DNA of 64,000 bases. It comes from a bacterium (GTDB lineage Bacteria > Patescibacteriota > Dojkabacteria > JAKAPS01 > JAJZLI01). Position 1 is the first letter of the stretch, and every line of letters begins with the position of its first letter. Positions 54,814-64,000 of the stretch are shown piece by piece. The notes below the pieces were generated by a model. The model saw nothing but the letters and a program-made list of their open reading frames with translations, made no database searches and was not told the origin of the DNA. A program made the translations under genes and the position numbers. The stretch covers positions 199,096 through 263,095 of the forward strand of contig JAJYFR010000001.1 of assembly GCA_021785355.1 (NCBI GenBank), read 5' to 3'.

Positions 54814-55306
54814 TTTTTATATATTCTATACTCTTAGAAATTATTTTTTGTTTTTCCTTCTCATCTATAAGATTTGATAAAGCTTTCTGTGTTGTAATCA
54901 CAACCAAATCTAAAATTTCTTTTTTTAAATTTTCATACATTTGATCATGAAATTTCTGAGCTTCTTTTTCTGATTCTTCTAAAATCTTTTTACTTTCTTT
55001 TTTTGTTAAAGATAACATTTCTGATCTTATATTTTCTGCTGCTTCTTTTGCTTTTTCTATAATATCTTCACTCTCTTTTTGAGTCTCTATCATTTTATCT
55101 CTATAAATCTTTTCCATTTCTTCTTTCTTTTCTTCTATTATTTTACTATTTTCCAAAGATACTTTAATTTCATTTTCTCTATCTTCTAAAATTTTAAGTA
55201 TTTTTTTAAAAAGAAATCTTTGAAGAACATACAAGATTATAAAAAAATCTATAGTATAAAAGATTATATATGACCAATTGACTCTAAATAGTGTTAAAAA
55301 ATTCAT
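54803..55306 (-). CDS. atpF: F1Fo ATP synthase subunit b
   Basis: N-terminal TM followed by long charged helix; operon position. Confidence 0.65.
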   Translation of the reverse strand: MNFLTLFRVNWSYIIFYTIDFFIILYVLQRFLFKKILKILEDRENEIKVSLENSKIIEEKKEEMEKIYRDKMIETQKESEDIIEKAKEAAENIRSEMLSLTKKESKKILEESEKEAQKFHDQMYENLKKEILDLVVITTQKALSNLIDEKEKQKIISKSIEYIKNEK

Positions 55307-55312
55307 ATTTTT

Positions 55313-55531
<219 letters not shown>

Positions 55532-55545
55532 TCACCTCCTTTTTT

Positions 55546-56292
55546 TTAAATTAATTCTTCTTTACTTGTTAATAAAGACATAAATGTTAATGTAAGCATA
55601 GCAAATATACCTGCTTGTATTATACATACAAGTATCTCAAATGCAAGAAATGGCAATGGTGCAAAATATGGACCAGCCATCTTTAAGAACAAAAGAATTA
55701 TAACATCTCCTGCATATATATTTCCATACAACCTGAATGATAGAGAAATTACTTTTGTAAATTCTGATATTATTTCAAATATCCCATATATTATATTAAT
55801 AGGTTTTGTAAAATTAAAATATCTTTTTAAATGCCCTTTGAATCCTAGTTCTTTAAATGCTAGATACTGAGTTATTATTACAGATATTAGAGTTAATGCA
55901 ATAGTACTATTTAAATCCGAATTTGCCGCTCTGAACAAAGGGACATAACTACCAGCAGAATTCTTTATTTGAAGAGAAATGATTCCAAATAAAGGAATGA
56001 TTTCAAATAAATTATTAAGTAGAATTAGTACAAAAAAAGTCATAACCCAAGGAAAGAATATTCCAATTTTTCTTTTATCTCCTTCTGTTTGTTCACTCAT
56101 AAAATCAATAACAAAATTTATTAATAGTTCTATTAAACTTTGAATTTTAGATGGAATAACGGATATTCTGGAAGATAGAAAAAATACACCCAACAAAATT
56201 ATGAGTGATACTACAATGGAGGTAATAACAGTATTTGTTACTAGGAATCCATAGAATTTAAAAAGTATTTCTGGTGCTTTAGGTACAAACAT
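55546..56292 (-). CDS. atpB: F1Fo ATP synthase subunit a
   Basis: Multi-TM; conserved LSFRLYGNIYAG (essential Arg) motif. Confidence 0.8.
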   Translation of the reverse strand: MFVPKAPEILFKFYGFLVTNTVITSIVVSLIILLGVFFLSSRISVIPSKIQSLIELLINFVIDFMSEQTEGDKRKIGIFFPWVMTFFVLILLNNLFEIIPLFGIISLQIKNSAGSYVPLFRAANSDLNSTIALTLISVIITQYLAFKELGFKGHLKRYFNFTKPINIIYGIFEIISEFTKVISLSFRLYGNIYAGDVIILLFLKMAGPYFAPLPFLAFEILVCIIQAGIFAMLTLTFMSLLTSKEELI

Positions 56293-56366
56293 TTACTGGT
56301 ACATTATATACAAAAAAATCTTATATTTGCAAATATATTATGCTTATATAGATGAATTTTTATATA

Positions 56367-56891
56367 TTATAATTTTAAAGATGAAGCTTCTAATTGTTCT
56401 TCTAAAGATATATCACTATCTTTTTTTAAAACTGTTATTTCTATAGGATTTCCTTCTGGAGAAACTTGCATTATTTCTATAGATTTTCCTTCATTATTTA
56501 TCATTAATACATATGTAGGTGTATTAGATTGAAGATAAGTTGCATAATCTTTAATGGCATCGTCTACAAATTTAGAAGAAAATTCTCTTCCATCTATATT
56601 AATAGGAGAACCATCCTTATTTGTAAAATTAACATACACTAATGCTTTTAAATCCTCTCTTATATTTCTTTCTGCACTATTTTCATCATAAATTAATTTA
56701 TCTCTATGTACAAATTGAAAAAGAGTTGGTTCTGATACTTCTGAAAAATTTAATTCATTATCATCTGAATATATAGCAAAAACAGACATTTTTTCATTCT
56801 CTACTAATTCTCTAAAAGTAGAGTCATTTACTATTTTTAGTATTTTATCTTTTTCACTTATATTGTCTTCTATATTATATTGTTCTCTCAT
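56367..56891 (-). CDS. hypothetical acidic soluble protein upstream of atp operon
   Basis: 174 aa, no TM, no recognisable motif. Confidence 0.35.
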   Translation of the reverse strand: MREQYNIEDNISEKDKILKIVNDSTFRELVENEKMSVFAIYSDDNELNFSEVSEPTLFQFVHRDKLIYDENSAERNIREDLKALVYVNFTNKDGSPINIDGREFSSKFVDDAIKDYATYLQSNTPTYVLMINNEGKSIEIMQVSPEGNPIEITVLKKDSDISLEEQLEASSLKL

Positions 56892-56973
56892 ATTTTTAAA
56901 TCTTTATTAATTAAATATTATACTATATAGCTTGTGTTTATAACTAAAAAAATATAAAAAGTATATATAATTT

Positions 56974-57993
56974 TTAATTATATAAATTAATAGTTTTTAC
57001 TAATTGATTATATATATATAGATCTCCTGTATTATTAGGATGTAGTTGATCAGAATTAAAAGAATTAGGTATATTTGATAAATTATTAAGATTTATATAA
57101 GGTATTCCGTATTGGTTAGCAAGTCCAATTATTATTTTATTGAATTCTATCAATCTTTGATTTGAACCTGCACTGAAACCTGATACGTTCCAATCTTTAA
57201 TAGGAGGAAGTTCAAAGAGTATTAAAGTTCTCTGAGGAGAAGGATTTATATCAGATATTATTTGTATCATATTATTTTTATAGTCAAGAGATGTTATTGT
57301 TGGGTTATTTTTTGTTCCTATTCTTATATCATTTGCTCCTATCATCAATGTTACTAATTGAGGATTTTCACTTTGTAGTTCACTCTCTATTCTTGAAAGT
57401 AGATCATAAGTAGTATTACCTCCTACTCCTTGGTTATATGATACAGTACCTTCTTTATTTTTGAGATATTGAGATACTCTATCAAAATAAGATGTTGTTG
57501 TTTCAAATCCTTGAGTAATACTATCTCCAAATGCAGTATAAGTAGAATATTTTGAATGTGGTGATATTACAAGTGAGTTAAATATTGAATTTTGAGTACT
57601 CAGAATAAGTTTATTAGTTTGATATATAGTTTGTCCTTGATTATTTACAACAAGAATTTGATAAGTATATTGAGCATATGGTACTAGTCCTGTATCAAGA
57701 TAAGAATGTGTATTTGAATTAAATTTAGTGAAATACTCTCCATCCCTTAATAAAACATAGCTGTACTGAGTATTATTAAATGAATTTCCCCACATTATTG
57801 ATATGCTATTCTCAATCTTATTATTTTCAGGATAAATGTTTAATTGAATATTCTGATTTGAAATTAATTGTTTAGAGTAGATTTTACTAAATAAGGGTAA
57901 TATTGTTAATATAATAAAGGATATAAATATCCCAAACCCTATACCAGATAATCTTTGTAAAATTATTTTTTTATATTCTTTATTAAGTTCCAT
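56974..57993 (-). CDS. SGNH/GDSL hydrolase with N-terminal membrane anchor
   Basis: Block I TAFGDSITQG (GDS), block V DQLHPN (DxxH); N-terminal TM and beta-rich spacer. Confidence 0.65.
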   Translation of the reverse strand: MELNKEYKKIILQRLSGIGFGIFISFIILTILPLFSKIYSKQLISNQNIQLNIYPENNKIENSISIMWGNSFNNTQYSYVLLRDGEYFTKFNSNTHSYLDTGLVPYAQYTYQILVVNNQGQTIYQTNKLILSTQNSIFNSLVISPHSKYSTYTAFGDSITQGFETTTSYFDRVSQYLKNKEGTVSYNQGVGGNTTYDLLSRIESELQSENPQLVTLMIGANDIRIGTKNNPTITSLDYKNNMIQIISDINPSPQRTLILFELPPIKDWNVSGFSAGSNQRLIEFNKIIIGLANQYGIPYINLNNLSNIPNSFNSDQLHPNNTGDLYIYNQLVKTINLYN

Positions 57994-58090
57994 TATATCT
58001 TTATTATTTAAGGAGATTGTATCATTTTTTTTATTTTCAATCTATACTTATTGGTTTATAATAGAGATGATAATTTAGATATAGTTAAAG

Positions 58091-58696
58091 ATGAATATTT
58101 TTTGGAAATTTATAAGAAAGGTATATTTTAAAATTCTTTGGGAAATTGATGTTACTGATGATATGGATAGAACAGTTAGAAAATTAAGAGACAAGGGTTT
58201 TGATATAGGAGATAATGTTTTTCTAGATCATGTGAGTATTGAAGAGAATTATCCTGAATTTTTGAAAATTGAGGACAATGTAACTATTGCTTATGGAACC
58301 AGGATACTTCTACATGATAGTGCTTTGAATAACTTATATGGAGATCCTGTTAGATTTGGAAAAGTTTTGATTAAAGAGGGTGCTTATATAGGATCAGAAT
58401 GCTTAATTATGCCAGGAGTTTCAGTGGGTAAAAATGCTTTAGTAGGTGCACGATCATTAGTAACAAAGAATGTTGAAGATAACACTGTAGTTATAGGTTC
58501 TCCTGCAAAATTTTATATGAGTATAGATGAGTACAGAAAGAAATTTCTAAAGGATATTTCAAAAGATAATTATTATTATTGGAATATAGAACCTTTTATG
58601 AAAAGATTAAAAAGAAAAAATTGGCAAGAAGAAGAAAAATCTTCTTATTTAAGATTTTTGAAAGAAAATTCAATTAAATCAGAGAAATCCAAATAG
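58091..58696 (+). CDS. hexapeptide-repeat (left-handed beta-helix) acetyltransferase
   Basis: Tandem [LIV]-G-x-x-x-x hexapeptide repeats (…IGSECLIMPGVSVGKNALVGARSLV…). Confidence 0.65.
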   Translation: MNIFWKFIRKVYFKILWEIDVTDDMDRTVRKLRDKGFDIGDNVFLDHVSIEENYPEFLKIEDNVTIAYGTRILLHDSALNNLYGDPVRFGKVLIKEGAYIGSECLIMPGVSVGKNALVGARSLVTKNVEDNTVVIGSPAKFYMSIDEYRKKFLKDISKDNYYYWNIEPFMKRLKRKNWQEEEKSSYLRFLKENSIKSEKSK

Positions 58697-59768
58697 AAAC
58701 TAAAGCTAAAATAAAAGAAAATAGCCAAAAACGCATTACTATTTTTTCTTCACTCCATCCTTTTATTTCAAAATGGTGATGTAATGGAGCCATTAAGAAA
58801 ACTTTTTTATTAAAATATTTTTTAGATATTTTTTGAATTATTACAGATAGAGTTTCAACTACAAATATGCCACCTACTATTAAAAGTATTAATTCTTTTT
58901 GAAGAATAATTGATGTAACTGCGAGTAAAGAACCCAATCCTAATGTTCCTATATCCCCTATTTCAACTCTAGCTGGCTTTATATTGAAATACAAGTATGT
59001 TATAAGTGACCCTATAACAGTTCCACATAAAATAGCAATACTTTCATTATGTTCTATTAGAGATATAACCATAAAAGTGAAAAAGGAAGCTATCATTACC
59101 CCTGTAGATAGACCATCTAATCCATCGGTAATATTTACAGCATTGGCTGTTGATATTATGATGATAAATATTAGAGGTATTATCCATAAACCTATATTGA
59201 TATATATATTAGACCATATCCAAATACTATGAATATGTAAATAAAAATATATATAGTAAGAGACAATAGCTCCTTCAATCATTTGTATCAAGATTCTTTC
59301 ATGAGGATATAGCCCTGTTCCGTACCTGGATCCTATTGAATTAAATATTCCTTTATAAAAAGCCCAAGGTATACTGATAGTATAGAGAATTCTTTTTGAA
59401 ATATTTTTATGATTAAGTGCTAATTTAACATGATGTTTGAAACTTGTGAATTTCCTTCTTTTTTTCCCAAATATATTCAAAAGATCATCGATTGCTCCAA
59501 GCAGGGATCCTATAATGAATATTAATATAGGAACTTGAGTATATTTATTCCAATTAAATAAAATAGTTATGAAAAAGACACTTATAATGATAATAATGCC
59601 ACCCATCATAGGAACTCCTATTTTACTCAATCTTTTTTTTATTTTAAATGTATCATCTGCACCTCTACCTCTTAATATTTTAAATTCATATAAAAGATCT
59701 ATAATAAAAGGTGCTATTAAAAATGAAACTAATATAGAAAGAATTATAAATGTAAAAGTTGCTAACAT
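58674..59768 (-). CDS. mraY: phospho-N-acetylmuramoyl-pentapeptide transferase
   Basis: NAVNITDGLDGL motif of MraY/WecA (GT4) family; neighbourhood with ddl and murF. Confidence 0.8.
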   Translation of the reverse strand: MLATFTFIILSILVSFLIAPFIIDLLYEFKILRGRGADDTFKIKKRLSKIGVPMMGGIIIIISVFFITILFNWNKYTQVPILIFIIGSLLGAIDDLLNIFGKKRRKFTSFKHHVKLALNHKNISKRILYTISIPWAFYKGIFNSIGSRYGTGLYPHERILIQMIEGAIVSYYIYFYLHIHSIWIWSNIYINIGLWIIPLIFIIIISTANAVNITDGLDGLSTGVMIASFFTFMVISLIEHNESIAILCGTVIGSLITYLYFNIKPARVEIGDIGTLGLGSLLAVTSIILQKELILLIVGGIFVVETLSVIIQKISKKYFNKKVFLMAPLHHHFEIKGWSEEKIVMRFWLFSFILALVSIWISLI

Positions 59769-59772
59769 AAAT

Positions 59773-60480
59773 TTATTGTAATAATTTTAATCGTCTGATT
59801 CCATTAGAGTTTATCTTTTTTTTAAAAAGATATAAAGGTTTATATAATGCTCCATTTATGTCTTTCCAATATTGATCTTTTAAAGGTAATTTTACATTTT
59901 TTATTATTATTTCACTTTCACATACACCTTTCTTTTCTGTAGATTGCCAATATTTTATTTTACTTACATTTTTTCCTTTATATTCGATTTCAGATATTAT
60001 AGCTATATGAGCACCTCCGTTCATTCTTATAAGATCTCCAGGTCTAATATCATTAATCTTGTCTATTTTTATAGTATTAATATTATTAGTTAATGTTTCA
60101 GAATTTAATTTAGATTTTATAGGTGTAAATTTGTAAGAAATAAAATATCTAAATGGATTTAATGTTGTTTTTTTTATAATATCATATATATTTTTATTTA
60201 TTTTTTTTTGAGAATATGCATTTAATATGTAAGATACAAATCCAGAACAATCAATTCCAATATTTTCTTTTTTTAAGAAATCGTATCTTTTTTTTGATGT
60301 AATTTTCTTTTGAAATTTTGAATATATATAATCATTTATTTCTTTAGGTGAAGCCTTTCCTGATTCTAAATGAGATTTAAATTTACTCTTACTTTTATTT
60401 ATATAGTAAGGTGTAAATTTATAAGAATTAAAGACATCAAAACATTCTTTTGGTAATTTTTTAACCTTAATTTTATCCAT
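59773..60480 (-). CDS. NlpC/P60- or CHAP-like cysteine peptidase (putative cell-wall hydrolase)
   Basis: Cys in IGIDCSGFVSY and His in GGAHIAII spaced as in papain-like NlpC/P60 domains. Confidence 0.45.
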   Translation of the reverse strand: MDKIKVKKLPKECFDVFNSYKFTPYYINKSKSKFKSHLESGKASPKEINDYIYSKFQKKITSKKRYDFLKKENIGIDCSGFVSYILNAYSQKKINKNIYDIIKKTTLNPFRYFISYKFTPIKSKLNSETLTNNINTIKIDKINDIRPGDLIRMNGGAHIAIISEIEYKGKNVSKIKYWQSTEKKGVCESEIIIKNVKLPLKDQYWKDINGALYKPLYLFKKKINSNGIRRLKLLQ

Positions 60481-60526
60481 ATAGCTAAATATTATAAGAT
60501 TAAAGTGGGTTTATGTCAAATAATGA

Positions 60527-61663
60527 TTATTGATTCCAAAGAGGACTATCTATATTTTTTAATATTTTTTCTTGTTCTTTAAAATCATAAATTGCAGAAT
60601 CTATCATTTTATCTATCATTTCTTCAAAAGGGATTCCTTTTGCCTCCCACAGATAATATGAAAGTGATCCTGGTATAGTATTTATTTCTATAGTGTAGAA
60701 TGTATCATTTTTAACATCTACTAAATAATCTATTCTAACCAAACTTTGAGAGTTTAATACTTCATATATCTTAAAACTTGCCTCTTTAATTCTGTCATCT
60801 AGTTTTTTAGATATATTTGCTGGAATATTTTTTCTTTCTGCAGACATTCCTTCTGCTTTATTCTTTTTTCCACCTTGAAGATATTTATTTTCATAACTAT
60901 ATATTTTGTCTAAATCTTTTTCTATTTCTTCTGAGAGTGAAATCAAAATATTATTTTTTTCTTTTATTAAAGAATAAGTTATTTCAACAACTTTATCTTT
61001 GAATTTTTCTATTATTATATTATTATCATAAAGAATATCTGAATCTATTATTTCTTCTAAATCTTCATCATTTGATACTTTTTTGACTCCTATACTAGAT
61101 CCCATAGATGATGGTTTTATGATTAAAGGATATTCATGAAATTTCTTTATTTTTTTTATTACATCTTTTTTATTCTCTAACCATTCATTTTTTGTTATAT
61201 ACATCCAAGGTAATATTTCAATATTATTTTTTTCTAAAATATATTTCATTACTATCTTGTCTATTCCGTATACAGCTCCTTTGATATTTGGACCTGTATA
61301 TGGAATTTTTAATGTATTTAAAAATCCTTGAATATCACCACTCTCTCCTTCTCCTCCGTGAAAAGTAAGTAAAGCTGCATCTACTTTTTTCAATTTTATA
61401 AATTTATTTAAATATATATTAACCTCTCCTTTTTTTAATCTTATTTCAATATTATATTTTTTAAGTTCTATAAAGTCTTTGAATTCTTTGAAGGTTTCAA
61501 ATTCAGGTATATATTTAAATTGATGTTCTTTATCTAGATATATTGGAAATATATTATATTTATCTCTATTTATTTTTTTTAATATTTGTTTTGCAGAAAT
61601 TATAGATACTTCATGCTCTGGTGATTCTCCTCCAAATAAAAGTAATATATTTTTTTTATCCAT
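60527..61663 (-). CDS. ddl: D-alanine--D-alanine ligase
   Basis: ATP-grasp; N-terminal ILLLFGGESPEHEVSIISA, C-terminal …EINTIPG…. Confidence 0.9.
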   Translation of the reverse strand: MDKKNILLLFGGESPEHEVSIISAKQILKKINRDKYNIFPIYLDKEHQFKYIPEFETFKEFKDFIELKKYNIEIRLKKGEVNIYLNKFIKLKKVDAALLTFHGGEGESGDIQGFLNTLKIPYTGPNIKGAVYGIDKIVMKYILEKNNIEILPWMYITKNEWLENKKDVIKKIKKFHEYPLIIKPSSMGSSIGVKKVSNDEDLEEIIDSDILYDNNIIIEKFKDKVVEITYSLIKEKNNILISLSEEIEKDLDKIYSYENKYLQGGKKNKAEGMSAERKNIPANISKKLDDRIKEASFKIYEVLNSQSLVRIDYLVDVKNDTFYTIEINTIPGSLSYYLWEAKGIPFEEMIDKMIDSAIYDFKEQEKILKNIDSPLWNQ

Positions 61664-63055
61664 TTAATTATTATTTTTAAAATAATACTGATCAGTTATT
61701 TCATTTTGCATTAATATACAATCACCTTTAATGAAGATTTTTTTATATCCTTCGAATTCTTTATAATTTTTTATTTCAATAATTTTACTTTTATTTTTTA
61801 TACCATATTTTATGTATTTTTTATAGGGAGTATCAAAAATAAATACTTTTTCTACTACGCTTTCTATTAATGTTCCATATTTTTCATTTACACTCTCAGA
61901 TTCTTTTCCTCTCTCAACAATACCTCCTGTAACTAAAAATATTCTTTTATATATGTTTTTAATTTTCATATCATTTAGATATTCTAATGTTTTTTTTGCA
62001 CTTTCTTCTCCTATATTGTATGTATCATCTATATATAGAATACCTTCTTCTAATATTGGATACATTCTTCTTTCACTAGGTTCTATTAAATTAATTTTAC
62101 CTTGTATATTCCTTATTTCAAAAATCTCTGCACATGTTATTGCTAAAGATAAGTTTCCTATCATTGCATATCCTAATAAATCAGTGTAATAAGTATTTTT
62201 ATTTATAGAGAAATATGTTTTTTTGTTTTCAAAATTTTTAATATCATACTCTACTTTAATATATTTTTTATTTTTATCAAATTTTATTTCTACTCCATAT
62301 TTAGAGAATGGATAATCATATATTTCTTTAAGTGCAATAACAATGGAATCTTTTTTTGCATAATCTATTATTTCTTCTCCCGCCTTTATTATATTGGTAA
62401 TGCTTTTAAATCTTTCTAAATGTTGAGTGCCTATGGATGTTATTATAGATATATCTGCTGGATAATTTTTCATTACCTCTCTTATCTCCCCTCTTTTGTA
62501 GGCTCCAACTTCTAGAATTAATATTTGAGTGTTATTCTTTAGGTTATCATTTATCTTTTTTGATATACCTAAAAGTGTATTAATACTTTTTCCAGGGCTG
62601 AATACAATATAATCTTTTTCTAATAGTGTTTTTATAAAATTAGTTGTACTAGTTTTTCCATAGCTTCCTGTTATTGCAATTATTTTTATATCTTTTATTT
62701 TAGAAATCTTTCTTTTAGCCTTATATACAATATATTTTTTTAATATAAAATCAATTGGATACAATATCATATAGGAAATAAGAATATAGTAAGCTGTAAG
62801 AATGTATACAAAAATTATAGCTATAAGAAAATATATAATATTGAAATAGAAAATAGATATTGTAAATATCTGTAATATTAAAGTTATTATTATGAGAGCT
62901 TTTATTTTTATTGTATATTCAATTTTTTCTTTGTATTCATATTTCTTAAAAATCATATCAAACCTATTTATATAGGATGAAAAATCTTTAATTGAATATT
63001 CAAAACTTTGTAATATATGTATTAATTTTATTAAGTATATGTTGTCCAATTTCAT
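61664..63055 (-). CDS. murF: Mur ligase family protein, probable UDP-MurNAc-tripeptide--D-Ala-D-Ala ligase, with N-terminal transmembrane segment
   Basis: P-loop IAITGSYGKTSTTNFI and Mur ligase central/C-terminal domains; immediately upstream of ddl; residues ~50-100 form two hydrophobic helices instead of the usual N-terminal domain. Confidence 0.7.
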   Translation of the reverse strand: MKLDNIYLIKLIHILQSFEYSIKDFSSYINRFDMIFKKYEYKEKIEYTIKIKALIIITLILQIFTISIFYFNIIYFLIAIIFVYILTAYYILISYMILYPIDFILKKYIVYKAKRKISKIKDIKIIAITGSYGKTSTTNFIKTLLEKDYIVFSPGKSINTLLGISKKINDNLKNNTQILILEVGAYKRGEIREVMKNYPADISIITSIGTQHLERFKSITNIIKAGEEIIDYAKKDSIVIALKEIYDYPFSKYGVEIKFDKNKKYIKVEYDIKNFENKKTYFSINKNTYYTDLLGYAMIGNLSLAITCAEIFEIRNIQGKINLIEPSERRMYPILEEGILYIDDTYNIGEESAKKTLEYLNDMKIKNIYKRIFLVTGGIVERGKESESVNEKYGTLIESVVEKVFIFDTPYKKYIKYGIKNKSKIIEIKNYKEFEGYKKIFIKGDCILMQNEITDQYYFKNNN

Positions 63056-63804
63056 TTTTCTAAAAATCTATTTATATATCCTGTAAATAAATATGGATTC
63101 TCCATATGAGCGAAGTGTGTATTTCCTTTCATTATTTTTAATTCAGATTCTTTGATTTCTTTATTAATTATATATGCATTATCTAATCCTAATTCTTTAT
63201 CTTCATCACCCCAAATTATAAGAGTTGGTATAAAAATATCTTTCAATAGAGGTTCTATATTAAAATTAATTGCATTTAGAAATATATTTTTTAATTCACC
63301 TGATTCTTTATAATCTCTACTTCTTATTCTGTTTTTTATACTTTCTGGGACTATTCTTTTTAATAAAGAATAGTTTATATTATTATTTTTATTTATAATA
63401 CCTGCAGATGAAAATAATATAAGTTTGGATATTGAAATTTTATTTCTAATAGTCATATTTATAGCTATTCTCCCTCCAAATGAATGGGAAAGTATTATAA
63501 CTTTTTTAATGCCTATATCTTTTAGAAAAGTTTCAATACTATTGGAATAATCTTCGACAGTAAAATTCAAAAATTCTTTATTTATACTTTCTCCAAATCC
63601 TGGGAGATCAATACATATTATTCTATGTGATTTTTTTAATATATTAATTATATCTATCCAGCTTTCTTTATTTTGTTTCCATCCATGTAGTATCAATAAA
63701 GGTGTTTTAGAGAAATCTTCTTCTGTATCTATATAGCTTATATTATCTTTTTTTAAAGTCTTCATTTTTCTTATTATATCATTATTATATGAAAGTGTGA
63801 GCAA
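63052..63804 (-). CDS. alpha/beta-fold hydrolase
   Basis: Nucleophile elbow ILSHSFGGRIA (GxSxG), His near C-terminus. Confidence 0.65.
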   Translation of the reverse strand: MLTLSYNNDIIRKMKTLKKDNISYIDTEEDFSKTPLLILHGWKQNKESWIDIINILKKSHRIICIDLPGFGESINKEFLNFTVEDYSNSIETFLKDIGIKKVIILSHSFGGRIAINMTIRNKISISKLILFSSAGIINKNNNINYSLLKRIVPESIKNRIRSRDYKESGELKNIFLNAINFNIEPLLKDIFIPTLIIWGDEDKELGLDNAYIINKEIKESELKIMKGNTHFAHMENPYLFTGYINRFLEK

Positions 63805-64000
63805 TTTTTATACTAAATAATTTAATTGAATATTTCATTAATTGGAATTTGAGATTATTTTTATTAAATTTGACTATAAAATTATAAGATTATTTATAAA
63901 ACAAACTTTTATATTTGCTATATAACATATAAGTATGCAATGTAAAGTATAGATATGTTAATATTTTTTTAGTGTATTCTTTAATAGAGTATATAGTGTA

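Overview
This is an AT-rich (roughly 27-30% GC by eye), densely packed, mostly core-gene segment of a small-genome bacterium. The reduced or odd versions of housekeeping proteins look CPR/Patescibacteria-like. Standard genetic code 11 applies: TGA is used as a stop (for example at the end of pyrG) and the long ORFs are intact.

Core content, in order:
- pyrG-dcd-glyA-folD nucleotide and one-carbon block.
- A minus-strand operon: small membrane proteins, ileS (type-2 IleRS), two SEDS (FtsW/RodA) paralogs, and murG.
- manC and a membrane GT2 glycosyltransferase.
- mutS-mutL and a HAD hydrolase.
- uvrA and uvrB bracketing a TolB-like PD40 protein and an LCP protein.
- A DedA protein, an ftsQ-like gene, ftsA and ftsZ, then gatCAB, dnaE, rnhB, rplS, rpmA and rplU.
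- A complete F1Fo ATP synthase operon (atpBEFHAGDC).
- An SGNH hydrolase, an acetyltransferase, mraY, an NlpC/P60-like peptidase, ddl, a MurF-like ligase and an alpha/beta hydrolase.
- Five tRNAs: Arg-TCT, His-GTG with encoded G-1, Asp-GTC, Gly-CCC and Thr-CGT.

Three accessory or unusual loci:
- A roughly 1.07 kb RelE/RHH toxin-antitoxin cassette sits between the convergent 3' ends of folD and murG. It is flanked by perfect 23-bp direct repeats, and each repeat rebuilds a gene 3' end.
- A tandem segmental duplication has produced two signal-anchored, class-III/pilin-like secreted paralogs. One carries a roughly 330-aa six-bladed Kelch beta-propeller insert. The duplication junction holds remnant ends of dedA and ftsQ.
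- A start-less RelE-family remnant lies just downstream of the 3' end of tRNA-Arg.

No rRNA, CRISPR array, integrase or transposase was seen.
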